From Dictyostelium discoideum (lineage: Eukaryota), in assembly GCA_000004695.1 (NCBI GenBank), contig CM000152.2, forward strand, positions 5,984,001 through 6,048,000: 64,000 nt of DNA. Reading direction: 5' to 3'. How positions within the stretch are numbered: the stretch's first letter is position 1; each line of letters starts with the position of its first letter. Positions 1 through 11,986 of the stretch are shown here, piece by piece. A model generated the notes under the pieces. The model was given only the letters and a program-made list of their open reading frames with translations, did not search any database and was not told where the DNA came from. The translations under genes and the position numbers were made by a program.

Positions 1-229
1 GAAAATCATTTATTGAAACTAAACCAACATTTTGAAATTGTGTTGATGTTGAACTTGAACTATCAGAAACAGATTGAAATTTATCATGAATTGAAAATAC
101 ATTTGCTTTCTTTTCTTCTTTTAATTTCTCTTTTTTTTTATTAATCTCTTTAATTTCATTCTCTCTTTGTTTTTCTAACATTCTAATTCTATTACCATCT
201 CCTGATGATCCTTTATATTCTGCCATTTA
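1..229 (-). CDS. 5'-terminal exon of a gene that continues beyond the window start. ATG at 229..227 on the minus strand. Hypothetical Lys/Glu-rich protein (MAEYKGSSGDGNRIRMLEKQRENEIKEINKKKEKLKEEKK...), partial.
   Basis: The reverse complement of 1..229 is an open frame starting at an ATG in A-rich context. No family is recognised. Confidence 0.35.
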
Positions 230-232
<3 letters not shown>

Positions 233-308
<76 letters not shown>

Positions 309-320
309 TTATTATTATTG
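233..320. repeat. (ATT)n microsatellite, about 29 units with one interruption.
   Basis: Direct reading of attattatt... at 233..320. Confidence 0.95.
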
Positions 321-350
321 TTTAATGAATTTTTTAAAATTAAAAAAATG

Positions 351-388
<38 letters not shown>

Positions 389-532
389 ACAACGAAAATT
401 TAAAAATAAAAAAAATAAAAATAAAAATAAAAATAAAAAATGTTGATTTGTCTTTTATAAATAAATTAAATTATCATATGAAAAATTATTATTATTGTTA
501 TTATTATTTTATTTATATATGTTACACTAGCG

Positions 533-567
<35 letters not shown>

Positions 568-603
568 CCTAAATAAAAAAAAAAAATTAATTATTTAATT
601 AAT

Positions 604-1197
604 CTATTTGAAGAAAGCTAATTTTTCTTTTAACCATGGTTCAGTTAAAGTTTCAACAGTTTCAGCATTGAATGATTTCATAATTTCTAATTTGTTAACT
701 AAAATTTCTTTATTTGCTGAATAGGTCATAGCTACAGCTGGTGAAATACCTTTTGGCATGAAATAAATGAATACCATTGGGAATGATTGACGACCATCTG
801 GATGAGTGTGTTTATAAACATAAACAATATATCTTGGTGATGTATTTGAAAGTTCTTCTTGTAATTTCTCTAATGAAATATCAACAAATGTTTCTTCAAT
901 TTTGAATTCATGTTTACTTTTATCGATCATAACTGATAATAATATATTAATATCAATATTTATTTTATTTTTTATTTTTATTTTTTTTAAATTAAATTTA
1001 ACTTACAAACCATGGCAGTGTTTTTTGGTGATCTTTCTTTTTTTAAAGCTTTGAATTCTTCAAAATATTCGTCTGGTAAAGTGCAGGTGGCCTATAATAT
1101 TTTTTTTTTTTTTGTCAGTTCATTTTGGTTTTTTTTTTTTATTATTTTGATATAGTTATTAATAAATATAATATGATAAAAAATAGAAAATTACCAT
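604..1197 (-). CDS. Glia maturation factor (GMF) homolog, an ADF-H domain actin/Arp2/3 regulator. Proposed exons on the minus strand: 1197..1195 (ATG only), 1091..1007, 932..604.
   Basis: ORF 604..930 ends ...TEPWLKEKLAFFK, matching the metazoan GMF C-terminus (LTETWLKEKLAFFR). The upstream exon encodes ATCTLPDEYFEEFKALKKERSPKNTAMVF, bounded by a GTAAGT donor (reverse complement of acttac at 1001..1006) and a TATCAG acceptor, and splices in frame to MIDKSKHEF. The one-codon first exon (ATG + gtaatt) is tentative. Confidence 0.7.
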
Positions 1198-1638
1198 TTT
1201 TATATTGTTACTTGATTATAAATTATCGAAAAAAAAAAATAAAAAAAAATAAAAAATATTTAAAAAAAGATTTTTTAAAAAAAAAATTATGAAGACTTTT
1301 CTTTTTTTGAAGCCATTTTTAGCTGTTGTTCGAATGAAAAAATGGGTTTTTTTTTTTTGTGAAAATAATATGTGAATTGAACAAATTGATTTTTTCTTTT
1401 TTTTTTATTTCTTTGTTTTGTTATTATTTTATTTCTTTTTATTTAAAATTAAAAAAAAGTATTTTCTGAATTTTTTTTTTTTTTTTTTTCTGAATTTTTT
1501 TTTTTAATTATTTATTATTTATTATTATTTTTTTATTTTTTTTATTATTTATTATTTATTATTATTTTTTTAAGATTGCCTTTTTTAAAAAATCTATTGA
1601 CAAATTTATTTTTTCACCAATACTCTTCTTTTTATTTT

Positions 1639-1677
<39 letters not shown>

Positions 1678-1769
1678 TTTTTATTTTTTATTTTTTATTT
1701 TTTTTTTTTGAAAGATCTTCACACACATCATATTAGCATTATATACAAATAATAAAAAACTGTATTGAG

Positions 1770-3233
1770 ATGGAGTCAATTTTAGATTTCAACCAACCTT
1801 TAAATATTTCAATTTTGGATCAAACGTTATTACAACAACATGTAAGTAATATATATATATACTTGTTTATAAATTCATTTCACAAAAAACAAATATTAAT
1901 TTTCTAATTTTGAAAAAAAAATATATATAAATAAAAGGATCCAAAAGTTAGCGCAGTATTGAATCAATTCATTCAAAATCCATTAGCATTAGGTAGAGTT
2001 GATGATTTATTAAGATCAAATAATTCAGATAATATTAGATTCTTTGGATTAACAGTATTAGAAAATAATGTTATAAAGAAACAATTATCATTAAATCAAC
2101 AACAAAAAGAAACAATTATAAAGCAATTAATGGAAATGGTATTAAATAATGAAATTGATTCAAAAAATTTATCAATCACCACCACCACCACTACACCATC
2201 TTTAAAAGGATTATTAAGAAAGAAATCAGCATCTATTATTGCTCAAATTTTAGTTAAACAATGGTCTGAATCAAATAATAATAATAATAATTTAAAATTT
2301 GTTGAAAACTATATTTCACAATTATTAGAATTTATTGATAATTCTAATAATAATAGTCAAATGATTCAAAGTGTATTTAATGTATTTAAAAATTTAGCTT
2401 CAAGTGTTGTTCAACAACAACAACAACAACAACAACAACAAGGTGGAGAAAATGAAAAATTAATAAATTCAGAGATTATTTTTAATTCAATTTTTACAAA
2501 ATCAATATCATTATTACAAAAACAACATAATAATACTATTAATACCACAAATCAATTGGTTATTGAAATTTTAAATACTATCATTTCAATGTGGGATTTA
2601 ATTAGTTTAGATTATCTCTTTCAAGGTAATACTTTATTATATTTAGTAAATGGTATTGATTGTGAAAATTTATCAACTAGAATATTATTTATTGATTCTT
2701 TAAAAGAACATATAAATATATTAATTTCAAAAGGAAAGAAAATTCAACAACAACCACAACAACAACAACAACAACAAGTTCAAGAATTTAATAATAAAAT
2801 TAATGAATTAATTCCAAATTTATTTAAAATAATAGTTGAAAAATGTTCAAAATATATAAATTCAAATAAAGGTTTAGGTACTTCATTATTTGAAAATATA
2901 GCAGAATTATTTACAATTTATTTAGAGAATTATTTAATTGTTTTTGAAGGTTTAGGTGGTGGTAGTGGTGGCATTGATATTTCTCAAGTGTTTTTATATG
3001 CTGAAAAGTTTATAATTCAAGTTTTACCATCATTATCTTTAGATTCATCAGTATTATGTTTAGAATATTTAAATATGTTATGTAAAAGTTTTCAACAACA
3101 ACCACAAAGATTATCAATTCATACTCAATATATACCATTATTATTTAATACAATCTTTGAAATTTTAAATAAACATAATGAAGAAGATATAGAAGATGGT
3201 GGTAAAGGTATTTTATATGATCATAATTTAGAA

Positions 3234-3274
<41 letters not shown>

Positions 3275-4669
3275 TTCTGGTAACAGCAATAATAATAATA
3301 ATAATAATAATAATAGTATAGAAGAATGGTTTAAAATTTCAAAATTATTATCAGAAGTTTTAGAATCAATTGGTATTATTTATTTTAATGATTCATTCCA
3401 ATATTATCAAGAGAGATTATCAACAATGATTAGTAATAGATTGATTGAAGGTGAGAATGCTAGTAAATTAGGTTCAATATTTTGGTGTTTAGGTTATCTA
3501 TGTAAATCATCCAATCAATTTGAAAAGATTAGTTTATTCATATCACAATTGGTTCAAAATGGTGCAAATACGAATGAAAATATAATGATGGGTTTATTAT
3601 TTATAATTAGAAAATCAATGAAATATTTACAAACCAAAGAGAATGCTCAAGCCATAAGATCTATTTTAGAGTTTTTAACAAATCAATTATCAAATGGTAT
3701 TGTTGTTATTAAAAGTAATTCATCATCGCCATCAGATTCACCATTAATTGAAATGATCATTCAAACTATAAATATTATCATTACAATTAGGGATCAATTA
3801 ATTCAATCTTTAGACTTCCCAAATTATTATCAACCTTTAAATCAAATAATTTTATCAAATCAACAACAATCAATATTATCACCACATCAAATTAATGAAT
3901 TATATGAATGTATTGGCAAATTATTATTCATACAATTTGGAAGTGATACTAATGATAATAATATTAATGATAATAATATTAATAATAATAATAATAATAA
4001 TAATAATGAATTATTAATTGTTTTACAACCAATTATTGAAAAATTAAAATCAAGTAAATTAATTAATGATAGTGATCGTAATTCAATTAATAATTTATTA
4101 AATAATAATATTTCATTAGCAAAAACAATGAAACATTTATTTAAATATCAAATGATTCAATTATCACCAATATTAATCGATTTATTCAATTGGTCAAATC
4201 AACCATCAAATAATACTTCAAGTAATAGTGGTTCAATTTACTCTTTTAAAAAGAATATTATTGATATTGTTGATTTATATATTAAACAACAACAACCAAA
4301 TCAATCAAATCAATCATTAGAATCATTACAAAATGAAATTTTAAAATATTCAGAATTAATTTATAATGATCCAACAATTAAATCACAAGTTTATAAAGTT
4401 GATGTTTTACCAAAAACTTTATCATTAATAATAACAATTGTTTCAACATTTAAAAATCAATTAAAAAAACAATTGATTGATTATTTATTCACTCCATTCT
4501 TTACTCTTTCAATTCAAGAAGCTGCTCAACAATCTTCTGGTAGTAAAGGATTAAATTTATTAAATAGAATTTGGGAATTAGTTCATTCTGTTGAATTAAA
4601 TAATCCAATTTGTAAGTAAATATATATATATATATATATATTTTTTAAAAAAAAATATATATATATATA

Positions 4670-4704
<35 letters not shown>

Positions 4705-5281
4705 CAAATAATTAATAATTTATTTACTAAAATAATATAATATTATAAACAGTACTTGTGGGTAAAATTTTAAATTATATAGAATTAATTAATTTTTGTA
4801 TTGGTAATATTAGTCCATCTATTCATGGTAGTGCTATTGATTCATTAACCGATTATTTCACAAATATTCGTTTTGTTTCAAATGATGTTGTATCTCAAAT
4901 ATTTGATTTTGATTTAGTTTTAAAAGAAACTGATATAACTTTAAATTTATTATTAAAATCTGATTATCAATCATGTAAGTTTTTTCATTTTTTTTTTTTT
5001 TTTTTTTCCTTTTCTCTTTTTTTTTTTTTTTACTAACTTTTATTATTATTATTTATTATTTATTATTATTTATTATAGCAATCGATAAAATCTTAAAATT
5101 ATTATTTATTATTATTCAATTAACAAATTTAAATGAAGATTTAAAAAAGAGATCAACTATTATATTCAAAGAGAAATTCTCATCAATATCATCAATTGAT
5201 ATAATTTTACAACAAATATTTAATGTTTCAAATACTTTCGAAATGTTTGAAAAATATGTTAAACCAATTTGTAAACAATAA
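1770..5281 (+). CDS. Exportin-T-like karyopherin (tRNA exportin, importin-beta family), about 1056 aa. Exons 1770..1841, 1938..4611, 4753..4974, 5079..5281.
   Basis: Exon 1 MESILDFNQPLNISILDQTLLQQH ends at a GTAAGT donor (1842) and splices in frame at an AG acceptor (1936-1937) into ORF 1959..4619. The N-terminal importin-N-like segment (DNIRFFGLTVLENNVIKK...QQQKETIIKQLMEMV) resembles the XPOT/Los1 N-terminus. The 3' exons are joined by GTAAGT donors at 4612 and 4975 and TAG acceptors, and translation continues to TGT AAA CAA TAA. Confidence 0.6.
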
Positions 5282-5440
5282 AAAAAAAAAAAATTACTTT
5301 TTTTTTTTTTTTTTTTTTTTTTTAATAGAAATAAAAAAAGAAATAAAAAATCTAGATTTATATAAATATTAAAGAAAAAAGTAGTTTTTAAACCTTTTTT
5401 ATTTTATTTTTTTATTTTATTTTATTTTTTTTTATTTATT

Positions 5441-6577
5441 TTAATTTCTATTAATAATTGAATGAATAGAAAGTGATCTTGTTGAACCCCATCTTCTTTT
5501 TGCTTCTTCTAAATCTGGTTGTTTATACCAATTTGGATAAGGTAAATCAGGATTGAAACGATAATTTAAAAATACTTCTTGATTTTTAATTGGTTTAAAT
5601 GCAATCAATAATAATGATCTACGTAATACAGAAGTATCATTAAATATTGAATGTTCAGTGACTGTTTTATTTGGAATATATTGAGATAAATGATTTGGAA
5701 AATTGCTTCTAAAATTATAACTATATGCAATAACATTTGGTTCTTTAGTTTGATCAGTATCACCATCACCATCTTTAGTAATAATTGGTGGATGATTTAT
5801 AAAGTTACCAATTGCAAATGGATTTTTATAACAAAGTAAATCAGTACCACTTGATTTTGTACCAAGTTTTTTAAAGAATTTCTCTTTTAAAATTAATTCA
5901 TCAGCTCGTTTATTCCATGACCTACCATCAATTACTGTGCCATCGTAACGTGATATCATATAATCGTTGTCTGAGATTACATTGGACGGGATATTATCAC
6001 CATCGTATGTGTCACCTGGGTAAATCGCAATGACCGTGCCTGGCACACACTCACCCTCGATGTGCACACCGTAACCTGCTTCCTCATGATTGATGTCAGA
6101 TTTTCTGACATGTAATCTAAATCCACGTGGATGGTCGATTGGGTTACCTTGATTATCTGTCTCTTTGATTTTTAAACATCTCTTTACCTTTTCCTCCATT
6201 GAATAGTATGGTAAATCTTTTAATGGCGGTGGGTAACTATTTTCACCACCATATGAATGTATCAATTCAAACATTTCCATAATTTGTGAATCGATTATCT
6301 CTTTGATTCTATTCTTTTGTTGTATATATTTTGGTGGGTTGTCAATGATTTTATCGAGGTTTTCTTCATTCTCTGTGAATTTCTCGAAATTACCATCATA
6401 TTCATAATAACATGATCTATAAGTCTCAGTTGCAATGTAAGCTTTAAATGTATCAATCATCTCTTGATCACCTTGTGAATAAAGTTGTTTACCATCATTG
6501 TTATTGATTTTACCTTGATTATTCTTTGAAAATTTTAATCCAATATTACGAATTGAATTACTAATTCTATTTATCAT
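5441..6577 (-). CDS. SET-domain protein (SETD9-like putative methyltransferase), 378 aa, single exon.
   Basis: Full-length ORF with SET-like motif order: GYGVHIEGECVPGTVIAIYPG, then GNFINHPP (NH motif), then EVFLNYRF (ELxF/Y motif). Confidence 0.5.
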   Translation of the reverse strand: MINRISNSIRNIGLKFSKNNQGKINNNDGKQLYSQGDQEMIDTFKAYIATETYRSCYYEYDGNFEKFTENEENLDKIIDNPPKYIQQKNRIKEIIDSQIMEMFELIHSYGGENSYPPPLKDLPYYSMEEKVKRCLKIKETDNQGNPIDHPRGFRLHVRKSDINHEEAGYGVHIEGECVPGTVIAIYPGDTYDGDNIPSNVISDNDYMISRYDGTVIDGRSWNKRADELILKEKFFKKLGTKSSGTDLLCYKNPFAIGNFINHPPIITKDGDGDTDQTKEPNVIAYSYNFRSNFPNHLSQYIPNKTVTEHSIFNDTSVLRRSLLLIAFKPIKNQEVFLNYRFNPDLPYPNWYKQPDLEEAKRRWGSTRSLSIHSIINRN

Positions 6578-7157
6578 TATGTCATTGATTTAAATATATA
6601 AATAAAAAAATAAAAAAAATATTAAAAAAAAATTAAAAAATAAAAAAAAAAAATTCGAAATTATTTTTTCCATTTTTTTTTTTTTTTTAAACAAAACTAA
6701 AAAAGAAAATCTGGTAAATCATTTTTTTTTTTTTTTTTTTTTTTCTAATTATTAAATATCCATTATTATTTTTTTTATTATTTTTTTTTATTTTTATTTT
6801 TATTTTTATTTTTATTTTTATTTTTTTTTTTTTTTTTTTTTTTTTTTTGAATTTACTCAAATATTTTTTTTTACAAAATTCAAACAATAAAATATAATAA
6901 AAAATAATTAATAATAATAATTGTAAAAAAAATAAAAAAAATTAATAAATTAAAAAAATATATATTTTTGGATCAATAAAGAATTTTTTAAATTAAAAAT
7001 CAAAAGAGAATTATTAATAAAATTTTATTTGCTAAAAATTATTTTATTGTTTTATTGGTCAATTATTATCATTTTTTATTTTTATTTTTTTTTTTTTTAT
7101 TTTTTATTTTTTTTATTTGGGCGAAAATTAAAAAAAAACAAAAAATTCTAACATAAC

Positions 7158-7199
7158 TTTTACATAGTTTTATGTAAAAATTTTTTTCAATCGCATGCG
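7158..7199 (+). promoter_or_regulatory. Two palindromes about 110-150 bp upstream of the rps11 ATG: tttacatag-tttt-atgtaaa (7158..7177) and the GC palindrome cgcatgcg (7192..7199) in an otherwise AT-only stretch.
   Basis: Self-complementarity read directly from the sequence. A regulatory role is inferred only from position. Confidence 0.3.
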
Positions 7200-7307
7200 C
7201 AGAAATTTTTTTTATTTTTTTTTTATTTTTTTTTTTCAGTTCGGTTAAATTGAAAAAACCTTCATTTTTTATACCCTTTTCCAATTTTTCGTAATAAGTA
7301 GACAAAG

Positions 7308-8503
7308 ATGGCCGATATTCAAGTGCGTAGCGAATTTATGTCTTTTTATTTCTTTATTATTTCTTTTTTTTTTTTTTTAATTTTTTTTTTTTTTATAGAT
7401 AGAAACACATAATAGTTATTGAATAGAATTATATTTTTAAAAAAAAAAAATAATAATAATAATTATAAAAAATAATAATAATTATAAAAAAAAATAATAA
7501 TAACAAAAAAAAAAAAAAAAAATAATAATAATAATAAATAAAAAAAAAAAAAAAAAAAAAATTAAGAGAAATGTTGGAAAAAAATCAATTATTTTGGAAT
7601 CATTAATATCCATACATTAAATATCAGAAACAGGTTAGATTTCCATTATAAAAAAAAAGAGACACATTTAAAACAAATTATTAGATTATAAAGAAAAAAA
7701 AAAACGAAAAAATAAATAATTTTTTTTTTTTGATTCACAATAAAATAATCACAGTTACAGGTAGAAAAATTAATTAAGTGGACAAAGAGATAGAGGAACT
7801 AAAATAATTTACAACCACAACATTTCTCGGTTTTTTTTTTTTTAAAAAAAAAAATTGTACAGATAAAAAAGATATAAAACTATTATGTGTTTAGAGTGGA
7901 TTAAAATCTTATTTTCTTTTTAAAAAATTATTTTATTTGTTATTGTAAAAAAAAAAGAAATATTTTTATATATATTTATTAAATTTAGCAAATTATTAAT
8001 ATCAATTTTTTTTTTTATAATTTTATTTTTATTTTTTTTAAAAAAAATAGGCTGAAAAAGCTTTCCAAAAGCAACAAGTTTCTTTCAAAAACAGATTCCA
8101 ACTTAAAGCCAGCAAAGGTAAAGAAGGTATCAGATATTACAAAAATATCGGTCTTGGTTACAGAACCCCAAAGGATGCCATCGAAGGTACCTACATCGAT
8201 AAGAAATGTCCATTCACCTCAGACGTTTCAATCCGTGGTGCTATCCTCCGTGGTACCGTCATCTCAACCAAAATGAGAAGAACCCTTGTTGTCAGAAGAA
8301 ACTATCTCCACTACATCAAGAAATACAACCGTTTTGAAAAGAGACACTCCAACATCCCAGCCCACGTTTCACCAGCTTTCAACGTAAAGGAAGGTGACTC
8401 TGTTACCATTGGCCAATGTAGACCATTATCCAAAACTGTCAGATTCAACGTCATCAAACACGATATCTCTGCTGCCTCAAAGAAACAATTCAAAGCTTTC
8501 TAA
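7308..8503 (+). CDS. rps11: 40S ribosomal protein S11 (uS17). Exons 7308..7322 (MADIQ) and 8051..8503, separated by a 728-bp first intron.
   Basis: ATGGCCGATATTCAA|gtgcgt donor. The acceptor ...aaaaaaatag|GCT at 8050/8051 gives [16 protein letters not shown]...[27 protein letters not shown]...[17 protein letters not shown]...[14 protein letters not shown], collinear with human RPS11 (MADIQTERAYQKQ...). C-ending codon bias is typical of highly expressed genes. Confidence 0.92.
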
Positions 8504-8718
8504 ATTTGAAAAATAAATAAATAAAAAAAGTTTTGGTTTTATATTAAAAAAAAAAAAAAAAAAAAACATTATTTATTTTATTTATCAAATATATAACTGA
8601 GACAAGAAGTGACAATATTTGCAGAGTATTATAATAAATATACAAGAATGTACAAGAGCTTTTTAAAAGTAATGAAAAAAAGAGCAGAGAGAATAAACAG
8701 AAGCGGAAAAAAAGAAGT

Positions 8719-8892
8719 ATGAATTTAATAGATTTAATATTAATGGCAATATACGTAATAGGAATATCCGGTTTAATTTTTAATAAAAATAATATTATTA
8801 ATATATTAATAATATCAGAATTAAACTTAAGAACATTAGGGATGTTATTTGTGTTATCTTTTATATATATATATATATATATTTATTATTAA
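8719..8892 (+). pseudogene. Truncated ND4L-like ORF (NADH dehydrogenase subunit 4L), 57 codons. Candidate nuclear copy of mitochondrial DNA, or a small hydrophobic ORF.
   Basis: MNLIDLILMAIYVIGISGLIFNKNNIINILIISELNLRTLGMLFVLSF fits the ND4L pattern (G..G....N.I..L...EL.L). It sits in a locally GC-richer block (8570..8880) that ends in an (AT)n run. It is only about 60% of normal ND4L length. Confidence 0.4.
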
Positions 8893-9045
8893 TTTTTTTT
8901 TTTTTTAACATTTTAAAAATGATCAGATTTTTGATTGAGGATTCTGTTTTTTATTTTTATTTTTTTTATTTTTTTTCATTTTTTTTTTATTTTTTTTATA
9001 ATATTTTCACACACCAAATCAAATCCAGGTATTTTAATAATAACA

Positions 9046-9891
9046 ATGAGCCATCTTAGAGGGTCAATTAAAAAAATTGATGAAGCATTAAGTTTGAAAT
9101 GGATAAAATTAAATAAAATTACTTATATTGATTGTAAAGGAAATGAAAGAGTATGTATGATGATGATGATGTTGACGATGACAGTGATAGTGGTATTGAT
9201 GGGATTAAAAAAAAAAAATACAAACTTTAATTCTAATTATAATAATAATAATTTTAAAAAATTAAATAGTTTTGGGAATCAGCATCAAGAACTACAAAGA
9301 AAGGAGATACAGATGGAGTTGATATATTAGCAACAGTGAAAAAAGATGGTAAAAAATATTTAATTGTTGTTGTTCAATATAGAGTTCCAGTTGATAATTT
9401 AGTGATTGAATTTCCAGCTGGTTTAGTTGATAATGATGAAAACTTTGTAAATTCTGCAATTAGAGAATTAAAAGAAGAGACTGGTTATAGAACAACTCCA
9501 GATAAAGTATTATTAACATCACCAATTTTACCATTGGAATGTGGTATGAGTTGTGCTAATGCTAGAATGGTTGTAATTGATGTATGTAATTTTAAACATG
9601 ATTTATAAAATTTTTTTTTTTTTTTGTATTTTCTCCCCCAAATTTTAATCCATTTTTTTTTTTTATTTTCATTTTATTTTTTTATTTTATTTTTAAAATA
9701 TAAATTAGTTGGAGGAAACAATTTGTGAAGAACAAGAATTAGAAGGTTCAGAAAATATTGATATATTTTATTTACCAATGGATAATTTATTTAATGAATT
9801 GGAGGAATTAAGAAAGAAATTAAATTGTGTTGTTAGTATTCAATTATATACATTTGCATTGGGTTTAAATTTTAATAATTTTTTTAAATAA
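9046..9891 (+). CDS. Nudix hydrolase, NUDT5-like ADP-sugar pyrophosphatase, about 199 aa. Exons 9046..9150, about 9270..9581, 9709..9891.
   Basis: Exon 1 (MSHLRGSIKKIDEALSLKWIKLNKITYIDCKGNER|gtatgt), exon 2 (WESASRTTKKGDTDGVDILATVKKDGKKYLIVVVQYRVPVD...PAGLVDNDENFVNSAIRELKEETGY, a Nudix box), then a GTATGT donor at 9582. Exon 3 (LEETICEEQELEGSENIDIFYLPMDNL...) starts at a TAG acceptor. The printed sequence and the ORF track disagree by 1 nt twice within 9241..9300, so the exon 2 start is +/-1. Confidence 0.7.
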
Positions 9892-9979
9892 AAAAAAAAA
9901 AAAAATAAAAAAAAAAAAGAGAAATCTTATTATTATTATTATAATTATATATATTATTTAAAATTTATTATTATTTTGT

Positions 9980-10522
9980 CTATTTCTTTTTCTTTTTAAC
10001 ATCTTTATAAACAATTTGAGAAATATTTCTAATATCTAATGAATTTGTAGGTTCGAAATAATTTGAAGCACCAAATTTCAAAGAAGTGGTTCTACCTTCT
10101 TCAACAGAGATATCAGTTGGTTTTAATGGATTTGATCTTTTCTCTGGGTACATACCAGTGATAAAAATTGGAATTTTACCCATAAATTCAATTTCTGGTA
10201 TCCATTGGAAAGGAATATCTTCAAAGGAGATTCTATCATTGGTAGTGAATGCAATGACAGCAGCATCGGCTTGTTCGTATTGAAGTGCACGAAGTCTTGA
10301 ATAACGATCATCACTTGAAGTATTTACAAAAGTGAAATGAATTGGTTTATTATCAATTTGAATAATACCAGTGAAAATCTTTTCAAAATCATTCTCTGCT
10401 TCAATTCTACAATCTTCTAAAGCAGACATACAATATTCAATTAATAATTCTTTATCTTTTGTTTTATCACCTGCAATTACAATAATTATACTATCACCTG
10501 TACAAACAATTTATAAAAGTAA

Positions 10523-10562
<40 letters not shown>

Positions 10563-11716
10563 AATAAATATTTACTATATTTCTTTTTAATTGGTTTCTT
10601 TATATTTGAAGATGAAGGAATTAATGATTTATTAATTGGATTTTCAGTTGATTGTTGTAATTGATTTTCTTTTTTTTTCTTTTCTTTTTCTTTTTCAAAT
10701 TGTTTAACTCTATTAATAAATTCAGAATCTCTTGCATTTAAATTTTCTTCTTTCTTTTCAATATTTTTTAATTTTTCATTTAATTTCTTTTTAGATTCTT
10801 CATTGATATTATTGATTCTTTCATCCAATTTCTTTTTAGATTCTTCATTGATACTATTGATTTCTTCTTCTAACTTTTTCTTTGATTCCAATTGAATAGA
10901 GTTCATTTTCTTTTCCATTTCAAGATTAACTGTTTTCATTTTCAATTTAACTTGGTCATCAATCATTTTTTGATGTTCAGCTTTCATTCTTTCGGTTTTG
11001 ATATGATTTTTCTTTCCAATTAAGCATTTGTTAATTGATTCAATGATACCAGTATTGATTTTATTACCTTTAATTGTTAATGCTAAAAAACGATATTTAA
11101 TGAATTCAGGATTCTCGAATTGATGAAGGAAAGCATTGGCACCAGCATCACCAATTCCACAGAAAAACAATGAAAGATTCTTTAAACGACTTGAACCATT
11201 GATTAATTTGGATAAAATGATAGCACCTTCATTGGAGATTTTATTACTATTTAAATGAATGGTTTCTAATGTATGATTGACTGATAATGCATCTACTAAA
11301 TATTCCATTGATTTACCGGTTATATCACATTCAGAGATATATAATGATTTAAGTACACATTGTTTTGATTTCAATGATTGACATAATAATTTTAAACCTT
11401 GATCACCAATTGGATTATTATCTAACTTTAAGAATAACAAATAACGATTACTTTCAATACCTTCACATAAATGTTTTATACCTATATCTGTAATACTATT
11501 ACTTGAGAGATCTAATGATGAAACAATAGCTTGCTGCCCTAAAGCTTTGGAAATAGTTTTTACACCTTCATCACCCAAATTAATATTTTCTAACTTTATT
11601 AATGGGTGTGATTTTCCATTCATTAATACTTTAGAAATGGTTTTTGGATCATGATCACCAATCTTTTTAAAAAGATGACCTGCAGCTTCTAATGATACAC
11701 AATTATCATATTCCAT
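9980..11716 (-). CDS. Multidomain protein of about 552 aa: N-terminal RNI-type leucine-rich repeats, a central K/E-rich coiled coil, and a C-terminal degenerate Rho-type GTPase domain (pseudo-GTPase). Exons 11716..10576 and 10497..9980.
   Basis: ORF 10523..11716 holds LRRs (LDLSSNSITDIGIKHLCEGI..., LKLDNNPIGDQGLKLLCQSL...) and EESKKKL repeats. A GTAAAT donor (reverse complement of atttac at 10570..10575) and a CAG acceptor (10500..10498) join it in frame (phase 1) to ORF 9980..10429. The C-terminal FVNTSSDDRYSRLRALQYEQADAAVIAFTTNDRISFEDIPFQWIPEI aligns with Rac [47 protein letters not shown], but the P-loop reads IVIAGDKTKDKE instead of GDGAVGKT and DTAGQ is replaced by NTSSD. Confidence 0.65.
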
Positions 11717-11939
11717 TGTTTCTTTTTTTTTTTTTTTTTTTTTGATTTTTTTTTTTTTTTTTATTATTTATTTATGTATTTATTTTAATTTATAATATAA
11801 TTTTATAGAATTATGATGGAAAAAAAAATATATATAAATAAAATTTAAAAATTAAATAAATACAATTATATATAATTATAAAGTAATAAAGGGAATAATA
11901 AATTTAATAAACTTTTTTTTTTTTTTTTTAAATTATAAA

Positions 11940-11986
<47 letters not shown>

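Noticed and set aside
8311-8493. Minus-strand ORF inside rps11 exon 2
   Set aside because: It is antisense to a strongly supported conserved CDS, short, and without a start context.
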